Below, in pieces: positions 1 through 12,695 of a DNA stretch of 64,000 nt (positions within the stretch are counted from its first letter, which is position 1; each line of letters opens with the position of its first letter). The stretch lies in the NCBI RefSeq assembly GCF_022539665.2, contig NC_081333.1, forward strand, positions 10,354,001-10,418,000, read 5' to 3'. The position numbers and the translations under genes are program-made. The notes under the pieces were generated by a model, which saw nothing but the letters and a program-made list of their open reading frames with translations, was not told the DNA's origin and searched no databases. Source of the stretch: Daphnia carinata (taxonomy: Eukaryota).

Positions 1-456
1 GGAGAGAATCGAAATTTCGAGTTGATTAGTGTGACCCGTTGATCCTCTTCTATCCCCCCCCCCATTGAAACAACCCAAGAAATCTATTGATTGATATAGG
101 TGGTAATTCGTTCGGCGGGTCAGCCCTCCAGAAAAATAAATAAATGCAGGGCAGGAAATGAGTTTTTCCTTCTTTTTTTTTTTCGAGTTCAAGTTGCATG
201 ACCAGTTGTCGTTAACATTTTTCTCCCTACCAACGACCAACCTCTAAAGAGCAAGACACGCATTATTGGGTTAGGAAAAAAAAAAACTCCAAATCCTCGA
301 GTGTTAAAAGGTTCTGACCGCTTGCAATAAGCTCCATCATTTTCTCTTTCTCCCGCAGTGGGTTACCTCCTCTTTTTCTCCCTTTTTTGTGTACGTACAG
401 TATGTGATTTGCTCAAGTTGTGCCGACTGTTTTTGAGAAAGAAAGAGCGGGGAGCG

Positions 457-481
457 CCTCTTCTTTTTCTTTCAGGTGAGG
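457..481 (+). other. Candidate recursive splice site, AG|GTGAGG at 475/476
   Basis: CCTCTTCTTTTTCTTTCAG immediately followed by GTGAGG. Confidence 0.4.
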
Positions 482-3400
482 CTTCATTTAGGTATACATG
501 CGTGTCTCGGTGATGTCACACGCACACGGGGCTATATGCCGGTATCATACCGACATCGTTTGTGTCAAAATGAAAGGAGGAAGAGACAAGAACCCCTCTG
601 TGAACGATGCTTAATGAGTACCCTCCTCCTACCTTTTTATAAGGAGGGCGGAGTCAGTAAATTCCTGGTGTGTCGATTGTTGGTCACACACAGATACGCT
701 AACAGACGATGGCGGGGTTCGAGATGGAATTTCTTTTTCTTCGTTCAAAATTTGTGTGCAGTGAGCGTTTGTGTACGTTGCAGTCCGGCACTGAAAGTCG
801 TTTACAGGTTGCGTGCCGTCCGGCTGTTATACATATCCATTTATTCGCCAGACGGCGGCGGCGGGCTCTTTTGACAGACAGACAAGAAAAGAAGGCGCTT
901 GACGTTTAAATAACTCCTCCTTTTATACATACAGACACACACACACACACACACACACATGTATATAAGGGACTGGAGTCTTTTAACCATCTTTTGTATT
1001 TCTCCCACGCGATGAACGGCCAGAGTGAGAACGTTCTTATGGACTCTTCTCTTGTTTTTCTCTCTCTCTCTCTTTATTGGACTCTTTTTTTTTTGTTTTT
1101 TTTTGTTTTTTACAGCGAGATGGAGGATAAGAGGTTGTGATCTTGTCAAGTGACGTCAGCCCCACTGCTAGAGAGCTAAAGCAGCAGCACGAGTCACTTT
1201 TGTACTTGACGGCCTCTTGTACATTATCCGTTTGATTTTGTTCGCTTGTTCCCATTTGTGGTCCTTCCTTATTTGACTAAACACATATACGTACGTATAT
1301 ATATATATATATCGTAGAAGGACTTGCTATGTACGTTAACTACATATATTGTTGTAAAATAAGAGGGGCAAGCCGCCGCGCACCCAACACTTTGATGAAG
1401 AAGTTTTTACCCCCGGTGGTGGTCTGCTTCTTCCACTTTGCTAGCGTGTTTTTCTTTTTTTTTTTTTTTTTTTTTGTCTTTTCTTTTGCTTCGGGTTTTT
1501 GTATTCTGACATACCCATCTTGAAATAGAACCTCACTCAATGCGGCCACAGCTCTTCTTTTTTCTCTCACTTTCTGGCTTTTCTTTCACTATGGCGCTGT
1601 TCAGCTAATAATAGTTGAAAACGGTTCAAAATAGTTGAGAGGCACAAGAAGAGCTATATATTTTGATGGACTCGAGACGAGTGGCGTCAGACACGCAGAA
1701 GAAAAAAGAAAAAAGAAAAGAAAAAAAAAAACGCCACTTGAAAGCGAAAGGGCGGCTGAACGAGAGCGGAATGCGTCTTTTGCTCTTTTTCATCTTGTCC
1801 TTGGATTGATGACCGGCCCCTGGACACCACTCGCCTCCAATCTTTCATTAATAATGGTGATGGTTTTTCGTGTCGTCTCTGCAGCCAAGAATGCGGTTCG
1901 CAATGATGTCCAAGGGCGACGCTACGATTGTGTTGCTTCGTGACCGCCAATGCGCTGAAACGAGCCACCCGCACACACCGGCACGAAAATAATGAGCATT
2001 CAAAGTTCGGCCGTTTCTTTTTCGCACCTATGGGCGTGTCACGATACAACCGTTGACACCGTCATTTTCTATTACCTTACATTCATTTTATCTCTTTTTT
2101 TGTGTGTGTGTGTTATTTGGTTTACGCTTTTATTTAGGTGTTTTTTCCATTTTTTTTTTGTTGTTCTCGTTGGGCCGCATGTGTAGTGACGAAAAGGCGA
2201 AAGATAGTAGAGTTTACCTACACATGTGTGAAGCAAAAGCGGCAGTTTTTTTTTTTGTTTGTTTCCAGATAGCCGAAAGACCCTAGTAATCGTCAACTTG
2301 TAAGACACGCGTTCAGAGCTGACGTTTGAGGTGTTTCGACATTGCGCCGATAACGCGCGGACTGGTCGAATCCCTATTTGGTCAAAGCCGATGCCGTCTT
2401 TCTTTTTCTTTCCCGTCCCTCTACTGGTTTCCCGTCTGCCTATGAAACCATTGTTCCTCTTGACCCCTCATCTTGGTATTCGGATTCCCCCCCCCCCCCC
2501 CCCATTTTTTCATTCCTTTTCTAATTTTTCTTTCCCCATCTCGATTCTTGTCAAGTAAGCGAGCGTGCATTTCGTGGAAAGAAACCTCATGTCCGCATCC
2601 TGGCCCGCCCAGTTTTTTTTTTTCTCTTATTCGTTGCTGAGACCCGGCAATGCAAGAACAAAGCTGTTTTGGTTCCGTCCAATCATCATCTAACGTGTAC
2701 ATGTGTGTGTCTGATTCAGCATTGTCAGCTGCCCCTTTTTTTTATATTTTATTTTGTTGTCTTTCGTTTTTTTTTTTTTCATTTTCGTACTCACTGATTT
2801 CTCGGTTCACTCCACTCGTATTCCCCGACTGAATTCAAATGCTGCGGCCTCGATGTGTATGCGATGGCGGCTTTTCGCCGCCTTTTTTTTTTTTTTTTTT
2901 TTTTTCTGATGAAATGAACCCGTCACCAACAGCCAGCCCTTTCTTTTCCCCTCTTTTACCTTTTTGTCTGCCGTCATTTATTTCATTTTGGCCGTGCGTA
3001 TCTTTCTTTTTTTTTTTTTTTTTTTGTGCGCATGGTTCACTGGATTTCGACTCCCGACTAGTCCCGTCGTCTGCTTGCCAAAGATAACTTACCCATTGCA
3101 TTGAATTTCTTTCTCTTCTCGATTTAATGAAACTTTTCTTTAAACTACTTGACGTCACTAGTCACACAAAAGCGTCTGACCCTTCATATTTTTTTTTTCT
3201 TTCTTTGTGTAGAACGGGGTGATGGGGGATCACGTTCTTAGTGTAGCGATATCGATGACTCCCGCACCATCTCAATCGTAAATCAATCGAATGATGAAGA
3301 AAAAGAGAGAGAGAGAGAGAGACAGATAGACAGAATTTTATTTTTATCCTTTTCTTGTTTTTGAAGGTTAGAGGATTATTAGATTTTCAACTATTCTCTG

Positions 3401-5561
3401 CGTGTATTTTGTAACGTCGCGGCGCTGGGGCTGATGACCGAATGATTGACGTGATCTTATCGCACGCTCACGCCGACACACACAAAAGCTCTCGCTATAG
3501 TCTCATTTCTCTCAGGGTTTTTTTTTTTTTTTTTTTTTTCTCTTTCTTCCCCCTTCCCCGCCCTTCGTATTTGACGATGGTGGCAACGTGCAGGAATTTC
3601 GAGCTCGCCAGAGATGAGCTCGTCGTTCAACTTTTAGTCGATTCGGAAAACAAAAAGAAAAAAAAAAATGTAGAAAAAAAAGGGCAGTCTTAATAAATAA
3701 AGAGGAATAAAGAAAGAAGAAGACAAGGACGAAGAAAAATGGTTTCCTTTCGGTCCGTCCCCTTTCTACAACGCCACACGAAATGTGTGTGTGTGTGTGT
3801 GTGTCTATATACGACGGGATATGAGTGACAGAGCGATTTGTTCGATCCTTTCGACTGATTGGAGGGCCAAGGTGATCTGAGCTATCGTGATCCTCGAAAA
3901 CCCGCTCCATTTCAACTAGAATTTAAACAAAAAGAATATTGAAAAAAAAAAAATAAATAAAAATGCGTCATATTTATTACAAATAATTCAAAGCGGCAAG
4001 TTTAAAAAGAAACGTTTTGTTATCATTTTGTTATTTGAGGAGGCCATTTTTTCTCTCCCATCTCTTTTGTTGTCTTTTGCGTTCTCTCTCTCTTTATGTG
4101 ATACAGACTATTCCCCATTTGAATTTATTTTTTTTTTTTTTTTTTTTGGGGGGGGGGGGGGGAAGAACTGCAAACGAAGAAAGATGGACGTCTCGTTGTT
4201 TGATGGGGGACACAAAGTCAAGTGGTTCTTTTTCTTCTCTCGTTCAGTCCACCAGTTCCGAGACCCCCAAACTCAATTCAGCTATTTTGCCGCATCATGA
4301 AACGGTTGCTTTTTTAACTTCTCTTTGGCCTTCTTCAACAAAACAAAGAACAAAAAACGTCCTGTTTTTTTCTTGGAGAAATCCTCTTCTTCTTACTCCG
4401 TTGTTCTCTGTGCCGGCATCGACTCGATTCTTAGACGAGAAGCAGAAAGTGGAGAAGAGAATGAAAGGTGGGAAAAGACAAGACGACAGCAAGATCAATC
4501 ATAGCTTCGATGGGTCTTTAGGTAGAATCTGGAACTTTAAAAAAAACAAAAAACATATTTATATTAACTCGCAATACCACCAACTGTAAAAGAGAGGCAA
4601 ACTCGAGAACAGCCCTCATCTTGTAAGTCGGACTTGTGTGTGTACGTCGGGACCCGTAACAAAAGGCGAAGAGTCACCACTTTTCCTCTAAACATGTTAA
4701 GGAATGTCTTCTCCCTTTTTTTTTTTTTTGATTTGTGTTAGGAATAAGAAGGGGAAAAAGAAATCACGATAATAAAGAGCTGTAAGCTACAAATAAAGAA
4801 ACAAAACTTCCCGAAAAATAGCTTGAACCGCGCGTTACATGACTTTGCATGTTGTAGTTTTTTTTTTTTCCTCCTCCTTTCCAGACCTGCTTCATGGAAC
4901 GGAAGAAAATAGGCAACTCTTTTCGGCAGGCCTCTGTGCCTCTTGTGTTTGGCGAGCGTGTTGACTGCTGCGTACACGATAAGACATCAGAAACCTTGAA
5001 AGAATCATTCGAATTCTATTGCCCTCTCTGAATTCCTTATTCGTTCAATTAAACACTTACCATCTCTCTGTAGCAGTAAGCATAATTATAATCTACAAGT
5101 GCGCGTTGTCGATCTTTGGATTGGACCCACTTGCGAGTTCTATTTACCTGGCGATACTCTTTAGCAATTTAGCGACGACTCGCATGTGTTTCTCGAACCT
5201 GTTTTGTACGTATCTGTGCGTCGAGACAAGTCCAGTCTCTCGTGTTTGTCGAGCGATGCTTGACTGAAGGGCTAATGAGACTCGTCATTTCTTAATGACT
5301 TTGAAAAAAAAAAAAAAAAAAGTCGGCCGAATCTCAATAGACAGTTGGCCCCGGTGTACGTGCGTGGCGCTTTTGTGAAACTCTTTTCTTAACCGTGTGC
5401 TTTCAAGTCTCATTATCTGAGCCCCGGCCTTTTGAACTATTAACGCGACCTCTCTCCCCCTCCACCCTCCCTACTAGTTTGTTTTCACGTCTTGTGATGC
5501 GCTCTCCTTCTCCGAGCTGATCCTCATCTATTCACGCGCTTTGCTTAGCGCTTCCGTAGTG

Positions 5562-5593
<32 letters not shown>

Positions 5594-6638
5594 TAAGATT
5601 CGTGCATTATCCATGCGCAAACGGATTGTCTTTTTAATTGCTACGGCTTCTCCGTCTGCGCCTAACGCGAAGAACTGTTTCAATTTTTCATAAAAATTAG
5701 CACCAATTTCCATAGCTAGGAGGCATAATTCAAATGCAGGAAAAAAAAAAACAAACTCCGTTGTACGGACACAGTGTCATCGGGTCTCTATCACGTTTTT
5801 CTTTTGGCCTTTTCTCCTAGAAAACTGAGAAAGGCCATGTGTTTTAAGCGTCTCAATTCAGGTGGGCGCAAGAAGACGGGACGTTTGATATTGAGTTACA
5901 CATCTTCGAATAGTTTCTCATTGTTCTCTTCATTTCACTGGTCTCCTCTTTTTTAATTCGATGTCAAGATTCCATTAGTTGGGAGAGCACCGGTAAAGGT
6001 GGCAGTCAACCAAATTTATTTATTTATTCAAAAAAAAAAAAAAAAAACGGAGAGAAAACGAGACTTTGAATAGACTCAAGAAGACGTAAAGAAGAAGAAG
6101 AAGAAAAAAAAAATATAAGAAAAGAGGTTCTTTCGGACGGGCAATTTACGATTCAATATCTTTTGATACGCATGATATATCTCTACGAGCATTCCACTGC
6201 CAAACACGAGGAGAAGGGGGGAAAGGAGGCAAAAGCGTGCGTCATTTTCTCTCTCTCTGCTGCGCGGAACCGTGTCCGCCGTGTACGAGCGCTTTGGCCC
6301 GTCGATCTATAGTTCCTTTCGATATATTTATATCATTTTTTTTTTTTTTTTTCCTTTTCCCCCCCTTTTTTTTTTCTGGGAGGGAATGAAGAGAAGGAGG
6401 GGGGGGGCGCCGATTTGGCATCGACTAAGGGTGGTATAGAAACGAAGAGGAGAAAAAGGGCGCGCTGTCGGTCATAAATCGTCCGAGTCTGGCAGCATAT
6501 CATCGGACACGGGGCGACTTGGAACCACCAGCGCTCAACCCATCGCTAGACATTTGCGCACGCCGAGCTTGTACATATAGCCTAGCCCTCTTGTGTGTAT
6601 ACCCCCGTATTGTTCCAGCTGCTCCGACAGGGGTTTCC

Positions 6639-6671
<33 letters not shown>

Positions 6672-6788
6672 GGAAAGAGGTGAGGGGTTGGGATTGTGGC
6701 GTTTTTCGTGCTTCTCTGTTGGCGACCGTCGTCGTAACTCAGGTTGACTTGACAGTTTCATGTTGGGTTTTTGAGCTATAGAGGCAGC

Positions 6789-6820
<32 letters not shown>

Positions 6821-7395
6821 AACCTCACTCTTTTGGTTCTTTTTTGCTGTCCATTCTTTCGTTATTTATTTCTCTTTTCTACTTCCCCTCTCTATCCCCC
6901 AAAATTTGTATAATCTGAGAAGCGAGATAGCCGAACTGGAGTCCATGATCGATTCACAATGTGAAAATGAAACATAAAGGTGATGCGTTTGTACATGGCC
7001 GTTGTTGTTTTTTCTTCTTTTTGTTTGGACTGGCCGTGCGCGCTGGACTCACGATACCCTCGCGCTCGTTGCTCACGTCATAATTAGCATAGACCTCCAA
7101 TAAAAAAGAGAACAACAGGAATCACGCTGCGGTCTTCGCCTATTCGGTTGCTTTATTTCTTTTTCTACAACTCGGCCTCAAAACGTCGATACGTCGTTCC
7201 AAAACACTGACGGATAATACTCTCAACTCCTCTACACAGTACCAACGTAACGTAACATATATGCTGGGCCCCGCCACTACGCACAGAAACACACACGTAT
7301 ATATTATATATGTATCTGTCTGTCGTGTGCCCAATAGTTGTTGTTTAGTTGTTGCTATTCTCCTTGATGTTTCACCCGGTTGTGAATCATATATA

Positions 7396-7432
<37 letters not shown>

Positions 7433-8307
7433 TCCTTGATATGCTGCGCTATAGTAAAAACATATATCCATTTTTTTTTTCTTTCTTTCTTTCTCTCGTT
7501 ATTCCCGGAGACTTGTCCCGCTTATTCGTTCCGTCCCGCAGCTCTCAACGCCAATGGCTTCGACGGGGGTCGCGCATCGGTTATGTTGTATATGAATGCG
7601 CTGCAAAAGGAGAAAATCTATCGCTTTTCGATTCATACATATAGATAGATGTAGAGATAAAGTCGGATGATGTATATCGTTATGGACAGACAAGCAGGCA
7701 GGGCAAGGGCGAACTAAAGTCAGACAAATTCGAGACGGCAAAAATGTATAATAAACACAAATGATCTACATGCATCATTGGCATAACATGTCGAGTTTTC
7801 TTTCTTTTCTTTTTTTTTTTTTTCATTCCCAAATGTCGGTGCGGGTGTTGCGGCAGGCCAAAAAGAGAAGGATATAGCGACAAGCGGGGGGATGGCAACC
7901 AAGCGAAATAATAGCGGGGGAGAGGTGGTCAGGGTAGGGTGGGACGCCACGGGATCGGCCAAGTCGTGCTGCACGCGGGCAGCTTATGTGTTTCCACCTT
8001 TTATCTTTTTTTTTTGTGTGTGTGTTGTTGTCCCGACCGGACTCGCGACTCCCGTCCGTTTTCTACTCAAAAAAAAAAAAAAAAAAAAAAAAGTCTTTCC
8101 TTTTCGGCTCGACAGAGTCCCTATAGTCATTAGCATAGATCGATAAATATATCGAGACATAGAGAAAAAAGAGCCATGAAGCCGAACCCCCCTCCAACTG
8201 CCCTTTTTTTTTTTCCCTACCAGTATTTATTTTTATTTTCGCATACATATGCATAACTCTTGTTGCTACATAACGCCGTGGTGTTGAATATTTCATGCAA
8301 CGGGAAA

Positions 8308-8355
8308 ACTTAATCATTTTTTCTTTCTTTTTTTTTCTTTTATTTACAGGTAAGT
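8308..8355 (+). other. Candidate recursive splice site (ratchet point), AG|GTAAGT at 8349/8350
   Basis: Branch-like ACTTAAT, a ~30-nt polypyrimidine tract, and TTTACAG directly abutting a perfect donor GTAAGT, on the same strand as tsh/tio. Confidence 0.6.
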
Positions 8356-9062
8356 CGAGATGCTTTATTGATCATCCGTAGATGGCTGTCTTTTGTTTCC
8401 CTTCTTCTGCAGCCGATGCCGTGTGCCAACGTCCTTCCTGTTCCATCCACCCGTGCAAAGCATCTTTTTTTTATTATTATTTGCTTTGCCTTCTTCCTTT
8501 TTTTTTTTTTTTTTTTTGTCCTAGCACCTTCCCCGACCTCACCTCTTTAAGTGTGTAAAGCCCACCACACGGACCATCACGCGCTTTTTTTAAACACGCG
8601 GGCACGTTGATGGCGCTGACTGCAGGTATAAATAAGCTGTTTGTAGACAGTTGGTTGATTTTGTTTCCTCCATCACAGCACGGCTGAAAACAATGAAGGA
8701 CAACAAAAAAAAAAAGAGGAAAAGATTGAGAAGGTAAATACCGAAGCCAATTGGTGTGTCTAGTGTCTTGACGAGGTACAACGACGAGCAAGGCTATTTC
8801 TGTCGGGGTTTTCTTTTTTAAATATTCTTTTTTTTTTTTGTGGGGGGGGGGGGCTTTTTTCAAGTAGCCACTTGTACATATTCACGACATGATGAAGAAA
8901 CTGGCCACAAGAAGCACCGCCGCCGACTGTTGTTTGTAGTACGAAAGTACGCACGTACTCAATTTTGTGTGTATGCGTTTTGTTTTGCCTCTTATTTTTT
9001 TCTTTTCTGTCTCTAAGTAGACAGGCACAAAAAGAAGCCGGCCTGCCATAAGACAAGGATTT

Positions 9063-9097
<35 letters not shown>

Positions 9098-12000
9098 CAA
9101 GTGGTGTGGTATTGTGTGTCAGAGGTCGCTGCAAGAAACAAAACAAAGGGGGGGGGGGGAAAACAGGTGAAATTAGTCAGTGCAAGTGCGACTAGCTTGT
9201 CTGCGTGACTGACTCTTTTCTCTCTCTCTTTTTTTCTTTTTTTTTTTGCTGGTTTGTTTTTCCGAAAGGCAAACGAAAAACAAAAGCTATAAAAACTGGA
9301 AGCCGGGCAAGCGCTGAGGACGTGCTACCGCGGCGCAAACAACGCACGCATTTTTCTCTCTTTCGTTTTTTTTTTTCCCCCTTCGTTTCTCTTTATATAG
9401 TTCGGCGTTGGCCTTCTATTCATTTTTTGACAGGTAAACACAGCTGCCGCCACCTTGCTTGTTCTCTTCTTCTTTTCTCCTTTCGCTAACCGGCAACGTT
9501 CGTTTGCGCTAAAACGTTCACTTCCCAAACACAAGAACGGCCAGAAAGATATGAGAAAGCGAGTGTCGTTTATTTTGCGATTAGCTCGGCCCAAAAAGTC
9601 GTCGAGCTCGTAAACATGTCTCTTTCACTCCGCTTTCCTTTGCCAAGTCGCTCAGCGCAGAAAAAAAAAAAAAAAAAGGGCCAGCAATCAACTATTCGAA
9701 CGCGGCCATCTTTTTTTTTCTTCTTCTTCTGATCGAGGCAATTCGATCAAGTTGGCTCGGGCCCCGTGGATTTTTCCCTTTTGTTGTCTTTTGGGATTTT
9801 TTTTTCTCATCGGAATCGTCCGTTGTCTCGGCTTTTGTCATCGGTCATTGACGGCCCTGATTTTCGGTGCCTCCTTGCGCACTGCGTGTGCTGCTGGATA
9901 CATCGAGGTCGACGTCTGTTGTGTGTCTGCGCGCAGTACAAGCAGTTCACCCACACAAGGAATACGGAGCAAACACAATAGATGGTAGCAAAAAAAAAAA
10001 AAAAGAATAAAATAAAAAAAAAGGGGGGGAGTTGGATGGAAAAAAAAAAGGTCGGGCCGGGGGCCGGAGAGCCGAGGCCCCGAGATTTACGATGACTTGC
10101 CACCCGAGACAGCCATCAGTAACCAGACGAATGGTCGTATCGTCTGTTATTATTGCGCTGGCTCGCACACGCGGCGCGCACAGCACGGCACGGCACACAC
10201 AACTCACATACCGAAAAGTCCCGCCCTTCTATATTTAACAGAATGGCTTGTTTTCCTCCGTTTTCCAGACCTCGTTCCAGCCGCGCAACACTCTACCATC
10301 AGGCACCAATTCTCTCTTTATTTGATTTTTTTTTTTTTTTTTTTTTTTTCTATTCGAGTTTTGGTTATTTTCAAACTTTAGCCGACACTTTGAGAACCGA
10401 CCGTGTTTCTCTTCATTTTTAGGTGCCATCAATAATCGAACTGAAATCGAAGATCAAAATGGGTTGGGCTTTTTTGATATGCGCGAATAGGAAATGTCTT
10501 GACGAAATGCCATCTGATGGTATCCAACGGCCTTTACATTATTGGCATTCAGTTATCTGTGTGTGACGAGTGGATAGAAAAAGAAAAAAAGAAACATTCT
10601 TGAGTGGATCTCAAATCTCTTCTTTATTTCGCCTGTCCGGTCTGACTCGGCGAGACGAATCGCTATTGGAAATGATTGGGACCTGTCGGAGCTGGGCGCG
10701 GAGCAAAGTCATTTTTCACTGCCCGGTTTCCGTGATGTTCATTTAGGAAAAAGAAGAAAAAAAAAAAAACGGACAAGACACAGAGAAGAGAGCCCTGCAG
10801 CTTTTTTTTTTTTTTTTTTCTTTCTCTCTCTTTTCTTTCTTCTCATTCTACGGTCTCGATCCGTTTCGGGTGGGTTCGAGAAGGGAACAGTAATGATCAC
10901 CTGTCGGGTCGTTACTCACCTTTTTCGGTTGGCTCGAGCTCGCGAGCTTGTTCGTGTCCATCTTCTTTCTCTTTTTCTCGGAGAGAATCAAAAGATGAAG
11001 ATGAAAAAGAAACAAATGAACAGCGTGCATATAGAAAAAAAAAAAAGGGAAGGGACTTTGAAAAGGAGAAAACAAAAAAAAAAAAAGAAAAATGAAAGAA
11101 AGCAAATGCCTTCCATCTCTTTCTGTTTACTGCATATCCTGTGTATATAATATTGACTATAGGTTCATCATGTGAGCTACTATAGGGCCTGATTTCATCT
11201 GTTTTGACGTTTTATCGGTTCGGTCATTCATCACTCGGCACGATGTGGACCCGGCCAGAATGAGCCACAGCCACAGGAGTGTATACGAAACAAGAAGAGA
11301 AAAGAGATGGCCATTGGCCGTAGGGATAGCTGGGCCTTATGTTTTTTTTGTTTTTTTTTTTCAGTGGAAAATCCCTGTGTGTTGTGCGCGCACGGGATAA
11401 CACACGCTTTATCGCATCTGTCTCTCTCTTTCTTTTTTTCTTTCCATCTTACCCATCCATCGGAATCCGCCGGACGAGTCACCACAGGGAGTCCCTTCTT
11501 TTTCTTTTTTTTTTTTTTTTTCAAAATGAGTTGAGATCATGCACGTCCTGTCCATGTTTATTTCTTTTGTTTTCTTTGTTGTTGTTTTTGTTTTTAAGCG
11601 AAGAATTTGCGTAACTATATGCGGAAATTCGTGTTCACGAACGAGCGGCAGCGATGACCAGGAGACACACCGTCGATGTAGTGAAATATGCCAGCGCGCT
11701 GCAGTTAGCTTATATAACTACGGCTATCGAAAAAGAAAGAACAACAAAGAACAAGGCGATAAAAACCTGGAACAAAAAAAAACAAAACATGAACGATGCG
11801 AAAAACGCAAAACAAAAAAAGGGACACAAATTTAAAAAAAAAAAAAAAACACTTTAACGGCTGCTGAGTTTTTTTGGTTTTTGATCGAATGCGGAATATG
11901 AACGGTAGACCTGACTGTACATAGGGGCGGGTTGAGGGGGGGGGGCGGGTCACAACAAACATTGTTAAGAAAACGTGATAAAAAAAAATAAAACAAAAAA

Positions 12001-12660
12001 TAAAGAGAAGAAGAAGAAGAAGAATCAGCCTAGGCCGGCCCTTCGTGACGAATGACTGCTGTGAGCTGACAGCGAGCGCCCGGCTCTCGGATCTGATGGC
12101 CATACTTCACCCATCTCTCTCTGTCTCCTTTTCTTTTTACCTCAACTCTCTCTCCCTTCTTCTTCTTCTTCCTGACCCCTTGTTATATCAACTATAAACA
12201 ACTCGGAGGCTGTGACGGTCGGCGGAACCGGCAACACAGGCGTAACGCACATTCTGGAACGTCATCGTATCTCTTCGTCGAAGAGATTTGATGCTGGAAA
12301 TGAAAGAAGAAAAAAAAATCTCCATTGCGTTATGCTCATTTTCGACCGACGCAAACGGACAATCGACACTCGGTTTTTGGCAATTGGCCGTCCGTGTTTT
12401 GCAATTGCATCCGTTGTTCATTCGTGACGGTCTAGACGAGGCTGTGAAAAGGGACGCGTTGAAGATGAAGGGGGAACGTCACACGAAGCGCCGTGGTGGC
12501 CATTCTTCTTGTTGGTTGACGTCAGGTCTTCGGTCCGCACGGCGAACGAAGAGAATTTGAATGCCAGACGAGCGCAATAAGTGGAGGCAGACGACGTTGT
12601 CGACGAGACGCTGGAAAATTTATTATCTTAGCGTATAGATGTATATTTATACATGTACCA

Positions 12661-12695
<35 letters not shown>

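Noticed and set aside
9322..9350. VLPRRKQ peptide resembling the TSHZ N-terminal MPRRKQ
   Set aside because: No ATG at the expected place, the following residues do not resemble the family, and there is no phase-1 donor nearby.
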